From positions 10,059 through 74,058 of the forward strand of contig CAMZAE010000002.1 in the NCBI GenBank assembly GCA_947304115.1: 64,000 bases of DNA. Direction: 5' to 3'. Made by a program: the position numbers and the translations under genes. The notes under the pieces are model-generated. The model did not search any database, had not been told where the DNA came from, and saw only the letters and a list, made by a program, of their open reading frames with translations. Shown here piece after piece: positions 38,742 to 47,246 of the stretch. This stretch comes from an uncultured Prevotellaceae bacterium. Its GTDB lineage: Bacteria > Bacteroidota > Bacteroidia > Bacteroidales > Bacteroidaceae. Each line of letters begins with the position of its first letter. Within the stretch, counting starts at the first letter, position 1.

Positions 38742-39682
38742 TGGAATTAAATTCAAAGATATACGTGGCAGGCCATAGAGGTATGGTCGGCTCCGCAATA
38801 GTTAGAGAGTTGCAGCGGCAGGGATACAAGAACCTGGTACTGAGAACCCATAAAGAGCTTGACCTCACGGATCAAGCCGCTGTATCGGCCTTCTTTGAGG
38901 CCGAAAAGCCGGATTATGTCTTCCTCGCAGCCGCAAAGGTAGGCGGCATCGTTGCCAACCAGTCGGCTTTGGCAGATTTCATGTATGACAATATGATTCT
39001 GGAGATGAACGTCATCCATGCCGCCTGGAAGAATGGGTGCAAGAAGCTGGAGTTCCTCGGCAGTTCCTGCATTTATCCCCGTATGGCTCCACAGCCGATG
39101 AAGGAAAGCTGTCTGCTGACTGGCGAATTGGAGAAAACAAACGAGGCTTATGCGCTTGCCAAGATAAGCGGTCTGAAATACTGCGAGTTCCTGAATCGTC
39201 AGTATGGGACAGACTACATTTCTGTGATGCCGACTAATCTGTATGGCCCGAATGACAACTACCATCCCGAACACAGCCATGTGCTGCCCGCACTGATACG
39301 TCGTTTCCATGAAGCGAAGGAGGCAGGTATGGCGAGTGTGACCTGCTGGGGCGACGGCTCTCCGCTCCGTGAATTTCTCTATGTTGACGACCTCGCCAAT
39401 CTCTGCGTGTTCTTGATGAACAACTACAGCGGCAATGAAACAGTGAATGCAGGCACAGGAAAAGAACTAACCATCAAGGCTCTCACGGAACTGGTGGCAA
39501 AGGTGGTCGGCTACAAGGGCAGAATAGAATGGGACACCACAAGGCCCAACGGCACACCCCGAAAGTTGTTGGACGTGTCTAAGGCCGCAGCATTGGGCTG
39601 GACGTACAAGACCGAACTGGAAGACGGAATTCGGTTGAGCTACGAAGATTTCTTGAATAACCCGATGAGGGCGGAGAGGTAG
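38738..39682 (+). CDS. fcl: GDP-L-fucose synthase
   Basis: It has [11 protein letters not shown] and YALAKI. It overlaps the gmd stop by 4 nt. Confidence 0.95.
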   Translation: MMELNSKIYVAGHRGMVGSAIVRELQRQGYKNLVLRTHKELDLTDQAAVSAFFEAEKPDYVFLAAAKVGGIVANQSALADFMYDNMILEMNVIHAAWKNGCKKLEFLGSSCIYPRMAPQPMKESCLLTGELEKTNEAYALAKISGLKYCEFLNRQYGTDYISVMPTNLYGPNDNYHPEHSHVLPALIRRFHEAKEAGMASVTCWGDGSPLREFLYVDDLANLCVFLMNNYSGNETVNAGTGKELTIKALTELVAKVVGYKGRIEWDTTRPNGTPRKLLDVSKAAALGWTYKTELEDGIRLSYEDFLNNPMRAER

Positions 39683-39696
39683 GATAAGCACGTCCT

Positions 39697-40686
39697 TCAT
39701 TCTCCAAAGGCTTCGACCTCGGCGGAGTAGTGGCCGTAGATGTATTCCACTACCAGCCGTCCAAACCGTCCCTGTTCTGCCAAAAGGCAGGAGACGAGGC
39801 CCATCGTCATCCGCCAATTGACCTCTATACACGGACAGATGCCTTCCTGTGCCAGCATCATGTCGATGCCTACAGGCCCCTCGTAGTCGAAACGGCTCAA
39901 TCGCTCCTCCCACCATTTTCTTATGTCTTGAAGATATTGCAAAGGAACGTATTGTGTCAGCCAGGCAAGTTTCTGACCTTCCGAAGCCACCCAGTTGCCC
40001 AAGTATGCGCCCCGCTCGTTGGTATAGAAGAGGGACAGACCGCGATACTCCACGCCGCCCCTGCCGTCGAGCCAGAACTCCAAAGCGAAATCGGTAATCT
40101 TGTGAAGCTTCTTTTCAACAACGATACTTCCTTGATTCTTTATAATACGCTTTGCCCACCTTGCATCCAAAGCTCCCCTCTCCTCGGAGAGGGGTTGGGG
40201 GTGAGGCTTTATCCCTCTCCCGCTACTGCTCCAAGGCGATTTCATTATTGCCTCGCCGTATTTGTTGACGGCTTCCTCTGTCTCCTCTATGCTTCGACAA
40301 AGCGTACTCTCGCCTGCCAAATGCCCATCAAGGGGAAGCTGCTCGCGCAGTTCCTTCAGCAAAGCCACCGCCGTTTGCCTGTGCGATAGCTGGCGGATGT
40401 GCTCAAGCTTCTCCGCAGAAGGCAGCAACGACTCCTGCATCCCCGCCTGCCTTAGCTCATGGCAAAGCGCAGGACTCCAGCCCCATGGCACAATCCTCGC
40501 ATCGCCCTCCAACGTCAATCTGTCCTCACCGTTCCAAACAATGTCATCCTCTTCTGCCCACCACTGCGGCAGCCACCACAGCTCCCGCCGCATTTGCTGA
40601 ATCTGCGCAGGCGGCGTATAGCCCGGCTTCCCGTCAGCCAAAGCCATATCATTCTCCGGGTTGAATATGTAAAGTGTCTTGCTCAT
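39697..40686 (-). CDS. ATP-grasp-like protein (hypothetical)
   Basis: The start at 40686 (MSKTLYIFNPENDMALA) forms an ATGA overlap with the NUDIX stop. The motifs ..KSPWSSSGRGI.., ..GPVGIDMM.. and ..IEVNWRMTMG resemble an ATP-grasp core. A G/C hairpin insert lies at 40172..40207. Confidence 0.5.
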   Translation of the reverse strand: MSKTLYIFNPENDMALADGKPGYTPPAQIQQMRRELWWLPQWWAEEDDIVWNGEDRLTLEGDARIVPWGWSPALCHELRQAGMQESLLPSAEKLEHIRQLSHRQTAVALLKELREQLPLDGHLAGESTLCRSIEETEEAVNKYGEAIMKSPWSSSGRGIKPHPQPLSEERGALDARWAKRIIKNQGSIVVEKKLHKITDFALEFWLDGRGGVEYRGLSLFYTNERGAYLGNWVASEGQKLAWLTQYVPLQYLQDIRKWWEERLSRFDYEGPVGIDMMLAQEGICPCIEVNWRMTMGLVSCLLAEQGRFGRLVVEYIYGHYSAEVEAFGE

Positions 40687-41081
40687 CCTGCTATTCTTAT
40701 CCTTTGCATCAGTCTTTTTATCACTTCCAAGTCCGCAGGCAACCATTTTACGCTATTCAGTTCATCTTTGCCGAGCCATTTTGCCGCTTCGTGCTCATTT
40801 AGATGTAGTGTGTCCGTCGATAGCGAACAGAGATAGCAGTGCATGGTGAGATGGAACTTGGGATAGTCGTACTCCACCATACAAAGAAACTCATCCACAC
40901 TGATCTCAGCCGACAGTTCCTCGCGAATCTCCCGCCTCAATGCCTCCTCTGGAGTCTCTCCTTTCTCTACCTTTCCGCCAGGGAACTCCCACCAGTCCTT
41001 CCACTCGCCATATCCTCTTTGTGTGGTGAATATCTTGTCTCCTTTGCGAATAATCGCGGCTACGACTTCAATCTGCTTCAT
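40683..41081 (-). CDS. NUDIX hydrolase (MutT / (d)NTP pyrophosphohydrolase type)
   Basis: It has the NUDIX box GGKVEKGETPEEALRREIREELSA and is 132 aa. Its start forms an ATGA overlap with the DUF2075 stop. Confidence 0.9.
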   Translation of the reverse strand: MKQIEVVAAIIRKGDKIFTTQRGYGEWKDWWEFPGGKVEKGETPEEALRREIREELSAEISVDEFLCMVEYDYPKFHLTMHCYLCSLSTDTLHLNEHEAAKWLGKDELNSVKWLPADLEVIKRLMQRIRIAG

Positions 41082-43186
41082 ATCTCCTCTAAACCAATAG
41101 ATTTCAAATAGAAGTATGTACTATTATAAAATTCTGGCAGACGGGTATGATCATCAGGATTGCCGTTTGGCACACAAATAATCATTCCTTGGCGAGCACG
41201 TGTCATTAATACTCGGTAAGCATTCAGTTGGTATGATTGGGCTTCTGCCTGACGAATCTTCATCCACTTGCTTCCTCTGAATGCATTGTGGTCCCATCCA
41301 TCGAGCGTGTAGCGGAAATCACCATCCCAAACTAAGCACGTCCAATCGAGCTCTAAACCCTGTATATCAAACTCTGTGGCAGCATCTTCCAAAAACAAAG
41401 AAGAGCGTACGTCCATTTTGTCTGCAAGAAACCAACTCTCTATATCTGGCTGCAATCTTACATCAATAGCCAAAGGTTTCAAACGATAGGCTTGAGAAGA
41501 TACTACTATACCATATCTTTCAGAACCACGAGCTTTCTCTTCTAACCATTTCTTGGCCTTGTCTAAATCACGAGTCAGTACAACAGGATACTTATCCTTG
41601 AACGACCTATAAAGCTCTTTTGCTTGTTCTATATCTCTGCCCAGTACGTAATGAACAAACTTCGACAAGTTTTCCGCACGGAAAGAACGCATCGAAACAG
41701 CCAAATGCAGTTGATCAACCTGTAGCGCATTAGGATTATGGCTAACCAATTCCGCGATATTACCCTCTGCGTATTCTTTATCTGTAAGGTGTTTTGAAAG
41801 ATAAACTTTCCAGTTGGGGAATGTCTCATTGACAGCACGAATCCATTCACCAATACCTGCCTCACCCGTATTGATTTCTTGACCACCTCCGACAAGACAG
41901 ACGATTACAGCCCAGTCTTTTCTTAGATCAAGCGACCATATTAGAAATTCGGCTTCAGACATAGGGAAGTTGGGGACTTTCTTCATACCACCCCTGCTTC
42001 CACCTCGTGCTAACCATCCTGAAAGATGTTCCAAATCCCAAGAACGCTGAGCCTCATCGAAGATAGCCACATGTTCTACTTCACCATGTCCTGCAGTTTG
42101 GTGAGCTACAGATTTCGTCTCGTCAATTTCCAATCGACCATCGGTTATCGGCAGTTTGATTTTTGCTAACATGTTTCCACGATATCGATGGATAATCTGA
42201 ATGAATTGCGACACCTCACGTTTGGCATCAGAGATGTTATACTTATTACCCTTTTCATGTTCTCGTCTTTGTTTATCCTTAGCCAACGCTGCCGTTAATA
42301 CTTTCACCAGTGGCCCGTTACCTGATAGATATACAGCCAGATTACGTTCACCCTCTGGTTCATTTTCTGCTTTTATAGATTGTTGAATAGCGACATTCAA
42401 ACCAACAAGAGTTTTTCCCGCCCCAGGTACACCAGTAACAAAGCAAATGCTTTTCTCTTTATGCCATTTGCTATAATTAATGACATCCAGAACAAATTGG
42501 GTAGTATTTTCCAGTGCCGCACCTGCAGCTTCATGGCGGGTAATATCCTCAACAGAATGATTTTGATACAATGCGCTGGCAGCCTCAATGATAGTTGGTG
42601 TTGGTGAATACCTACTAATAGCCCACTCAGAAAACTCGCTTATAGAAGAGGGTTGTGCATTTTCACGTTTTATTACAGCTTTTATCAGTTCTCTTAGATT
42701 ATCATTGTTGGTCAGCAGAGGATTATAGATATGATCGTCATAAACAGAAAAACGCAACTCATGGCTGCTTTGTTTTGCCTCTGTCGCAACAAGGATAGGA
42801 ACGATGATACGCTTATGGCTATCTAAATGAAAATTCTTTAGATCGAGTGCATAATCCAGCACCTGTTCCATATCAGCCTGCAAATAGGTGTTCTGACCAG
42901 CTTTAAACTCTATTACAAATACTATTCCACGTAGCAATAACACAACGTCTACTCGTTTACCCAATCGAGGAATAGAGTATTCAAAAATTATTTCTCCATG
43001 TTCTTTTTTCCAAGGCTGCAATACACTTTGCATAACCTCTATCTCTTCAGACCATGCAAACTTTTGTTCAGCAACACTATTGCCCTCATCATTTCGAGAA
43101 ATACATCCAAAGATAGCATCAACGGAGCTGTTGATAAAAACAGATAATGACGTTCTATAGAAGTATCTGTTAATCATATTTGACAT
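41078..43186 (-). CDS. DUF2075 (Schlafen-group-3-helicase-like) ATPase with an N-terminal PD-(D/E)xK-like nuclease module
   Basis: The Walker A motif is VTGVPGAGKT. The N-terminal motif is RVDVVLLLRGIVFVIEFK (D...ExK). The ORF extends to 43228, with likely starts at 43186 or 43177 (MINRYFY..). The gene is visibly AT-richer than its neighbours. Confidence 0.8.
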   Translation of the reverse strand: MSNMINRYFYRTSLSVFINSSVDAIFGCISRNDEGNSVAEQKFAWSEEIEVMQSVLQPWKKEHGEIIFEYSIPRLGKRVDVVLLLRGIVFVIEFKAGQNTYLQADMEQVLDYALDLKNFHLDSHKRIIVPILVATEAKQSSHELRFSVYDDHIYNPLLTNNDNLRELIKAVIKRENAQPSSISEFSEWAISRYSPTPTIIEAASALYQNHSVEDITRHEAAGAALENTTQFVLDVINYSKWHKEKSICFVTGVPGAGKTLVGLNVAIQQSIKAENEPEGERNLAVYLSGNGPLVKVLTAALAKDKQRREHEKGNKYNISDAKREVSQFIQIIHRYRGNMLAKIKLPITDGRLEIDETKSVAHQTAGHGEVEHVAIFDEAQRSWDLEHLSGWLARGGSRGGMKKVPNFPMSEAEFLIWSLDLRKDWAVIVCLVGGGQEINTGEAGIGEWIRAVNETFPNWKVYLSKHLTDKEYAEGNIAELVSHNPNALQVDQLHLAVSMRSFRAENLSKFVHYVLGRDIEQAKELYRSFKDKYPVVLTRDLDKAKKWLEEKARGSERYGIVVSSQAYRLKPLAIDVRLQPDIESWFLADKMDVRSSLFLEDAATEFDIQGLELDWTCLVWDGDFRYTLDGWDHNAFRGSKWMKIRQAEAQSYQLNAYRVLMTRARQGMIICVPNGNPDDHTRLPEFYNSTYFYLKSIGLEEI

Positions 43187-43439
43187 TATCTTAATCTTAT
43201 AGATTACATGCCTAATGTTATTTACCACACGTGAGAGGTTTCCTTATTTCATTTTCCCCCGAAAAGAGTTTTAGTAGCATTCCTTTATGACAAATCGTCC
43301 CAAGTCGCCGCTCTTTCGGATGGTTTCGCGGCGTTCTGTGGGTGAGCAGTTCAACTCACGCTCATAGATGAAGTACATGTTACAGATTCTTTGAATTTTG
43401 CTTTGTCTTTGCTATGGTTCTTGGAATCCTTTGCTGGGG

Positions 43440-46400
43440 TTATTTGTTTGTCAATGTACTTATCTCTGCACCGAGGTAGTAGTGTCCCAATATCTGTTTA
43501 TAGGTGTAGCCTTGTTCGCCCATGACGGCGGCACCGATTTGGCAGAGACCGACGCCGTGGCCCCAGCCGTGGCCGTGCAGGACGAAGCGACCTGGGATGC
43601 CATTGCGGATGTTCTTTGCCTCGACGGTGAAGGCGCTGCTCTTCAGATGCGAGGTGCTGAGCATTCGGCGGATTTCGAGTTCCTTGCCTACGATGAAGGA
43701 CTTCTCTTTGCCCACGATGCGCAGCTTGCTGATGTGTCCGCCCGGGCCTTTCTGCACAATCTCCATGCCGAGGATAGGGCCGAGTTCCATCTTCAAGTGC
43801 TTGCAGATGCGGTCGTGTGCTTCTTCTTGCGAAAGCTCCTCCGTCCATTCGTAGAAGTCGCGGGTTTCGAGGTCGTAGTCGTTGAGGACTTGACGAAGAA
43901 TCTTCTTGTCGCTCGTGTTGCAGAACGGGTCTTTGACGGAGCGCAGATAGGGGACTTCGATGTTCTCCCAGCAGTACTGGAACTCGTTTGTCTGTCCGCC
44001 GCAACACTTGCCGAAGCGTGTGTCACAGATACGCCCATCGTACATCAGCACTTGTCCGCGAGTGGCATTCACAGCTTCAATTACTTTGGGATTGCTGGCC
44101 CGCGTGATGCCCTGGTAGCGTTGGCAGTGGTCGTCGGCACAGACGTCGAAGATGGTGTGGTCTTCGCGGTCGTACCAGCGGATGCTTTCGCCTTCGCCTT
44201 TGACAAACGTGAAGAAAGGTGCAGGCTGTCCGGCATGTTCCTGTCGCCTTTGCATCTGGGCATAAAGCCAACTGCGGCTGATGACGGCGGCAGCCTTCAG
44301 GAATTCAAGTGAACAACTGCCTTTCATCTCGCTGCTGATGACGCTTGTCAGGTAGTCCTCAACAGGCAGGATGTTGATGGCGACAATTTTGTCTTCATCA
44401 ACCACGAGCTTGAGAATGCCTTGGAAGGTCTGCGATTCCTGCCGTTCCCAGTGGAACTTCTGGCCGATGGTGACGTTGTGGAGGGTGAAAGACCCCTCTC
44501 CCCTGAACGTCAGTTCCTGATATACATTATCTTTCCAGCGGATGCCGCCATCGGTGTATTCTGCCACTTGTTCGCCCACCACCTCGTTGCCTTTGGCTTG
44601 ATAAGGAGTGTTCATGCAGAAGCGGATGATGGTGTCCTTCATAATGCCGACAGAGACAGCCCCCTCCCCCGTCCCCTCCCCCGAGGAGGGGAGAGGGGAA
44701 GCCTCCCTCCTCGGGGGGAGGTTGGAGGGGGGCTGGTCGGTAAGGCTCTCTATAATGGGTTTCAGTTCCTCTTCGCTCAGAGTCACTTCCTGCAGGATGG
44801 CTTGCGCTTTCTCAGCCGTCAGAGCCTTGAAGTCCTGCTCTCTTGGCGTGATGAAGAGGCCACACATATCGAGTGCTCCAGGACTTATCAGCAACTGCTC
44901 CTTGCCCTCGGCATAATAGCAATCTGGACGATGTTTGCTGCGAGGGAAGATGAGTGTCACAATCTCATCGGGCCGACTCGAAGTGCCCTCATGCCGCCAA
45001 CAAACGATGTTCAGGCGAGGTTCCGACTCGTCGCCGACTATCGGCAAGGCCTTATAGACACGCTGACAGAGCAGGCTGTCGCTCTCTGTAGGCATACTGC
45101 GGATGACGAACACAGGGCAGGCGTAACCCTCCAAAAGATAAAGTCCGCAACGACTGCCCACATTGCCCGCCTCCTCCATCGAGGCTGCCTGTTCGCCCGT
45201 CAAAGGATAGAGTTTGCGAAGTCCTTTCTCGTACATCGTCCAATCGCGTTCCAGAGGCACAATTCCCCTGCTTCCAGCCTGCAGATGCATGTGGTCGGGA
45301 CACGAAGCGCCACACAAAGGCCCGTTATAGAAGACAATGTGCTTGGGCATGTCCCATGCCATTCGCCGAAGTGTACCGAAGCTGCTGTAGATGCTTTGCG
45401 GCGTGTGTCTGCGCATCGGGATGGTGAAGTGCTGAGGCAGGATAGGATAGGGGTTGACGAGAATTTGATAGTGCTTCTCCGTCATAAGTTTGTGCTGTTC
45501 CTTCGGGCGGTTGTTGTCGCAAAGGAAGCAAGGCCGCTCGCTGATGGTTTTCTTGTCAACAGAAGCGCCAGTACTTACAATTCGAGCTGGGTTCCATTGA
45601 GTCGCAAGAGTGACTTCGCCGAGTTGGAGATCCTTTGTCTGCACCTCTTCCAGCGCCTTGTACCTCTCTGCGGCTTCCGGCCATTCCTCCAGTTCCTTTT
45701 GGAAGAAGGCCTCAATCTCCTCTTCTGTCACCTTGTGCTGCCAGAGCAGGTTGAGTTGCTGACGAGCTTTGAGTTCGAGCGTGCGAAGGTGGTCCTTGTA
45801 GGTGTTGTTCTTGTTGATTTTGTCCTGACTGAGGGCGGCGTCGCTATTGCCTTCCCAACGCCGGCAGAGATAGACTTCGTCGTAGATGCGCCCGATGCGA
45901 TAGCGGCGGCTTATCATCAAGCCCAAGGCATAGTCCTCGCCATAACTGGTGTTGGGGATTTGCAGTTCCCGAAGGACGGGCGTGAAGAAGGCACGAGGCG
46001 CACCCAGTCCGTTGATGCGCAGTGCATTGTTGCGTCCGTTCTGTAATGTCCATTCCCGATGGTCGATGAGGCCTGGCGGAAGCGTGTTCAACTGGAAGTC
46101 GCACATCCTGTAGGAGCCGATGACCATTGCCGCACCCTCGGCATAGAAGGCATCCACCATTCTCTGCAAGGTATGGGGCGAAGAGTAGAGGTCGTCGCTG
46201 TCAAGTTGCACCACGAACCGCCCTACCAGCGGATGATGCACAGCCGTGTTCCAGCAGCCGCCGATGCCCAAATCCGTCCGCTCTGGAATGATATGTATAA
46301 GTGAAGAGTTAAGAGTTAAGAGTGAAGAATCGTTCTGCACTCTTTCAATGACCTCGGTTGTGCCGTCGGTAGAATGGTTGTCAATGACAATGACATTGAA

Positions 46401-47243
46401 GGAGAACGATGTCTCTTGCGTGAGTGCCGAGCGTATAGCATCTTCTATGGTGCGCTCGCGGTTGCGGACGGGGATGACGACCGAAGCCTCCACAGCAAAC
46501 TCGCCCTCGGAGAGGTTCACCTCGTCGTACTCGTCGCCATGCAGATAGGCGTTCAAGGCACGCAGATGCCGCGTACAAGCCCGCTCCATCTCCACCTGAC
46601 GAGCGCGATTGCGTGGGTCAACGTAGTCGAACTGCTTCTGCCCGCTGAGCCTTGTGTCGCGCTCCACCTCCGTATAGAGGAATTCATCGACATGCAAGGG
46701 CAGTTGCTCCCTGCTGATGAAGAGCCGCAGGTCATAGAGGGCCGCGTATTGATAATTGTGCAGGTTCTCCTGGTTGACATATGCTTTTAGCGTCTCCGTG
46801 CGGAAAAGCAGCACCGAACCAAACTGAAAGTCATCGCGGACAGAACCGAGTTGGTAGTCGATCAAGGGGCAAGGGGCAGGGGGCTGGGAGCAAGAGGATT
46901 GTTTGGGTTCCATGTGCTCTCCTGCTCCTTGCTCCTTGCTCCTTGCCACTTCAGCTTTCCAGTGGTCACAATATATCATCAGCGCCCCGCTGTCCTCGGC
47001 GATAGTGAGGAGCCTGGTTAAGGCATGATAGCCGAGCCGCAGCGTGTCGTACTTCGTGTATAAAAGCGTATAGGGAGCCGAAGCCGTCTCAGCAATGCGC
47101 TTGATGGTAAGGGTGTTGCCAGGGCCTTCTTCCCGCAGGAAGTTCACGCTCTGCACCTCAGGCTCAGCTTGCAGGTTCTCCAGTGTACCCTTGACCTGCT
47201 CGTCGCTCTGCCAAGGGATAAAGCAATCAATACAATTTACCAT
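43440..47243 (-). CDS. Multidomain fusion: GT2-like glycosyltransferase region(s) + DUF4922 (GalT/HIT-like nucleotidyltransferase/phosphorylase) + SpoIID/LytB domain
   Basis: It is 1267 aa. The GT2 motifs are [35 protein letters not shown]. The HIT-like motif is PDHMHLQA. The C-terminal SpoIID-like region includes ..[15 protein letters not shown]... The inter-domain linker carries two G/C hairpin repeat copies, and a heptad insert lies at 46297..46332. Confidence 0.75.
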   Translation of the reverse strand: MVNCIDCFIPWQSDEQVKGTLENLQAEPEVQSVNFLREEGPGNTLTIKRIAETASAPYTLLYTKYDTLRLGYHALTRLLTIAEDSGALMIYCDHWKAEVARSKEQGAGEHMEPKQSSCSQPPAPCPLIDYQLGSVRDDFQFGSVLLFRTETLKAYVNQENLHNYQYAALYDLRLFISREQLPLHVDEFLYTEVERDTRLSGQKQFDYVDPRNRARQVEMERACTRHLRALNAYLHGDEYDEVNLSEGEFAVEASVVIPVRNRERTIEDAIRSALTQETSFSFNVIVIDNHSTDGTTEVIERVQNDSSLLTLNSSLIHIIPERTDLGIGGCWNTAVHHPLVGRFVVQLDSDDLYSSPHTLQRMVDAFYAEGAAMVIGSYRMCDFQLNTLPPGLIDHREWTLQNGRNNALRINGLGAPRAFFTPVLRELQIPNTSYGEDYALGLMISRRYRIGRIYDEVYLCRRWEGNSDAALSQDKINKNNTYKDHLRTLELKARQQLNLLWQHKVTEEEIEAFFQKELEEWPEAAERYKALEEVQTKDLQLGEVTLATQWNPARIVSTGASVDKKTISERPCFLCDNNRPKEQHKLMTEKHYQILVNPYPILPQHFTIPMRRHTPQSIYSSFGTLRRMAWDMPKHIVFYNGPLCGASCPDHMHLQAGSRGIVPLERDWTMYEKGLRKLYPLTGEQAASMEEAGNVGSRCGLYLLEGYACPVFVIRSMPTESDSLLCQRVYKALPIVGDESEPRLNIVCWRHEGTSSRPDEIVTLIFPRSKHRPDCYYAEGKEQLLISPGALDMCGLFITPREQDFKALTAEKAQAILQEVTLSEEELKPIIESLTDQPPSNLPPRREASPLPSSGEGTGEGAVSVGIMKDTIIRFCMNTPYQAKGNEVVGEQVAEYTDGGIRWKDNVYQELTFRGEGSFTLHNVTIGQKFHWERQESQTFQGILKLVVDEDKIVAINILPVEDYLTSVISSEMKGSCSLEFLKAAAVISRSWLYAQMQRRQEHAGQPAPFFTFVKGEGESIRWYDREDHTIFDVCADDHCQRYQGITRASNPKVIEAVNATRGQVLMYDGRICDTRFGKCCGGQTNEFQYCWENIEVPYLRSVKDPFCNTSDKKILRQVLNDYDLETRDFYEWTEELSQEEAHDRICKHLKMELGPILGMEIVQKGPGGHISKLRIVGKEKSFIVGKELEIRRMLSTSHLKSSAFTVEAKNIRNGIPGRFVLHGHGWGHGVGLCQIGAAVMGEQGYTYKQILGHYYLGAEISTLTNK

Positions 47244-47246
47244 AAA

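Noticed and set aside
37029-38798. A 589-aa - strand ORF spanning manC, the spacer and gmd
   Set aside because: It is an antisense shadow ORF crossing two well-supported genes and their intergenic region. It has no motifs. The same reasoning applies to 33608..34924 (+), 21457..22500 (-), 23567..24751 (-), 44421..46046 (+), 48165..49226 (+), 57015..58505 (+) and 60292..61788 (+).
43270-43400. Possible remnant of an AraC-type regulator C-terminus on the - strand (..NMYFIYERELNCSPTERRETIRKSGDLGRFVIKECY*)
   Set aside because: It is only about 35 codons, with no start codon and a weak resemblance to the ..FxxxFGxSPxxYR ending. This is not enough to call a pseudogene.
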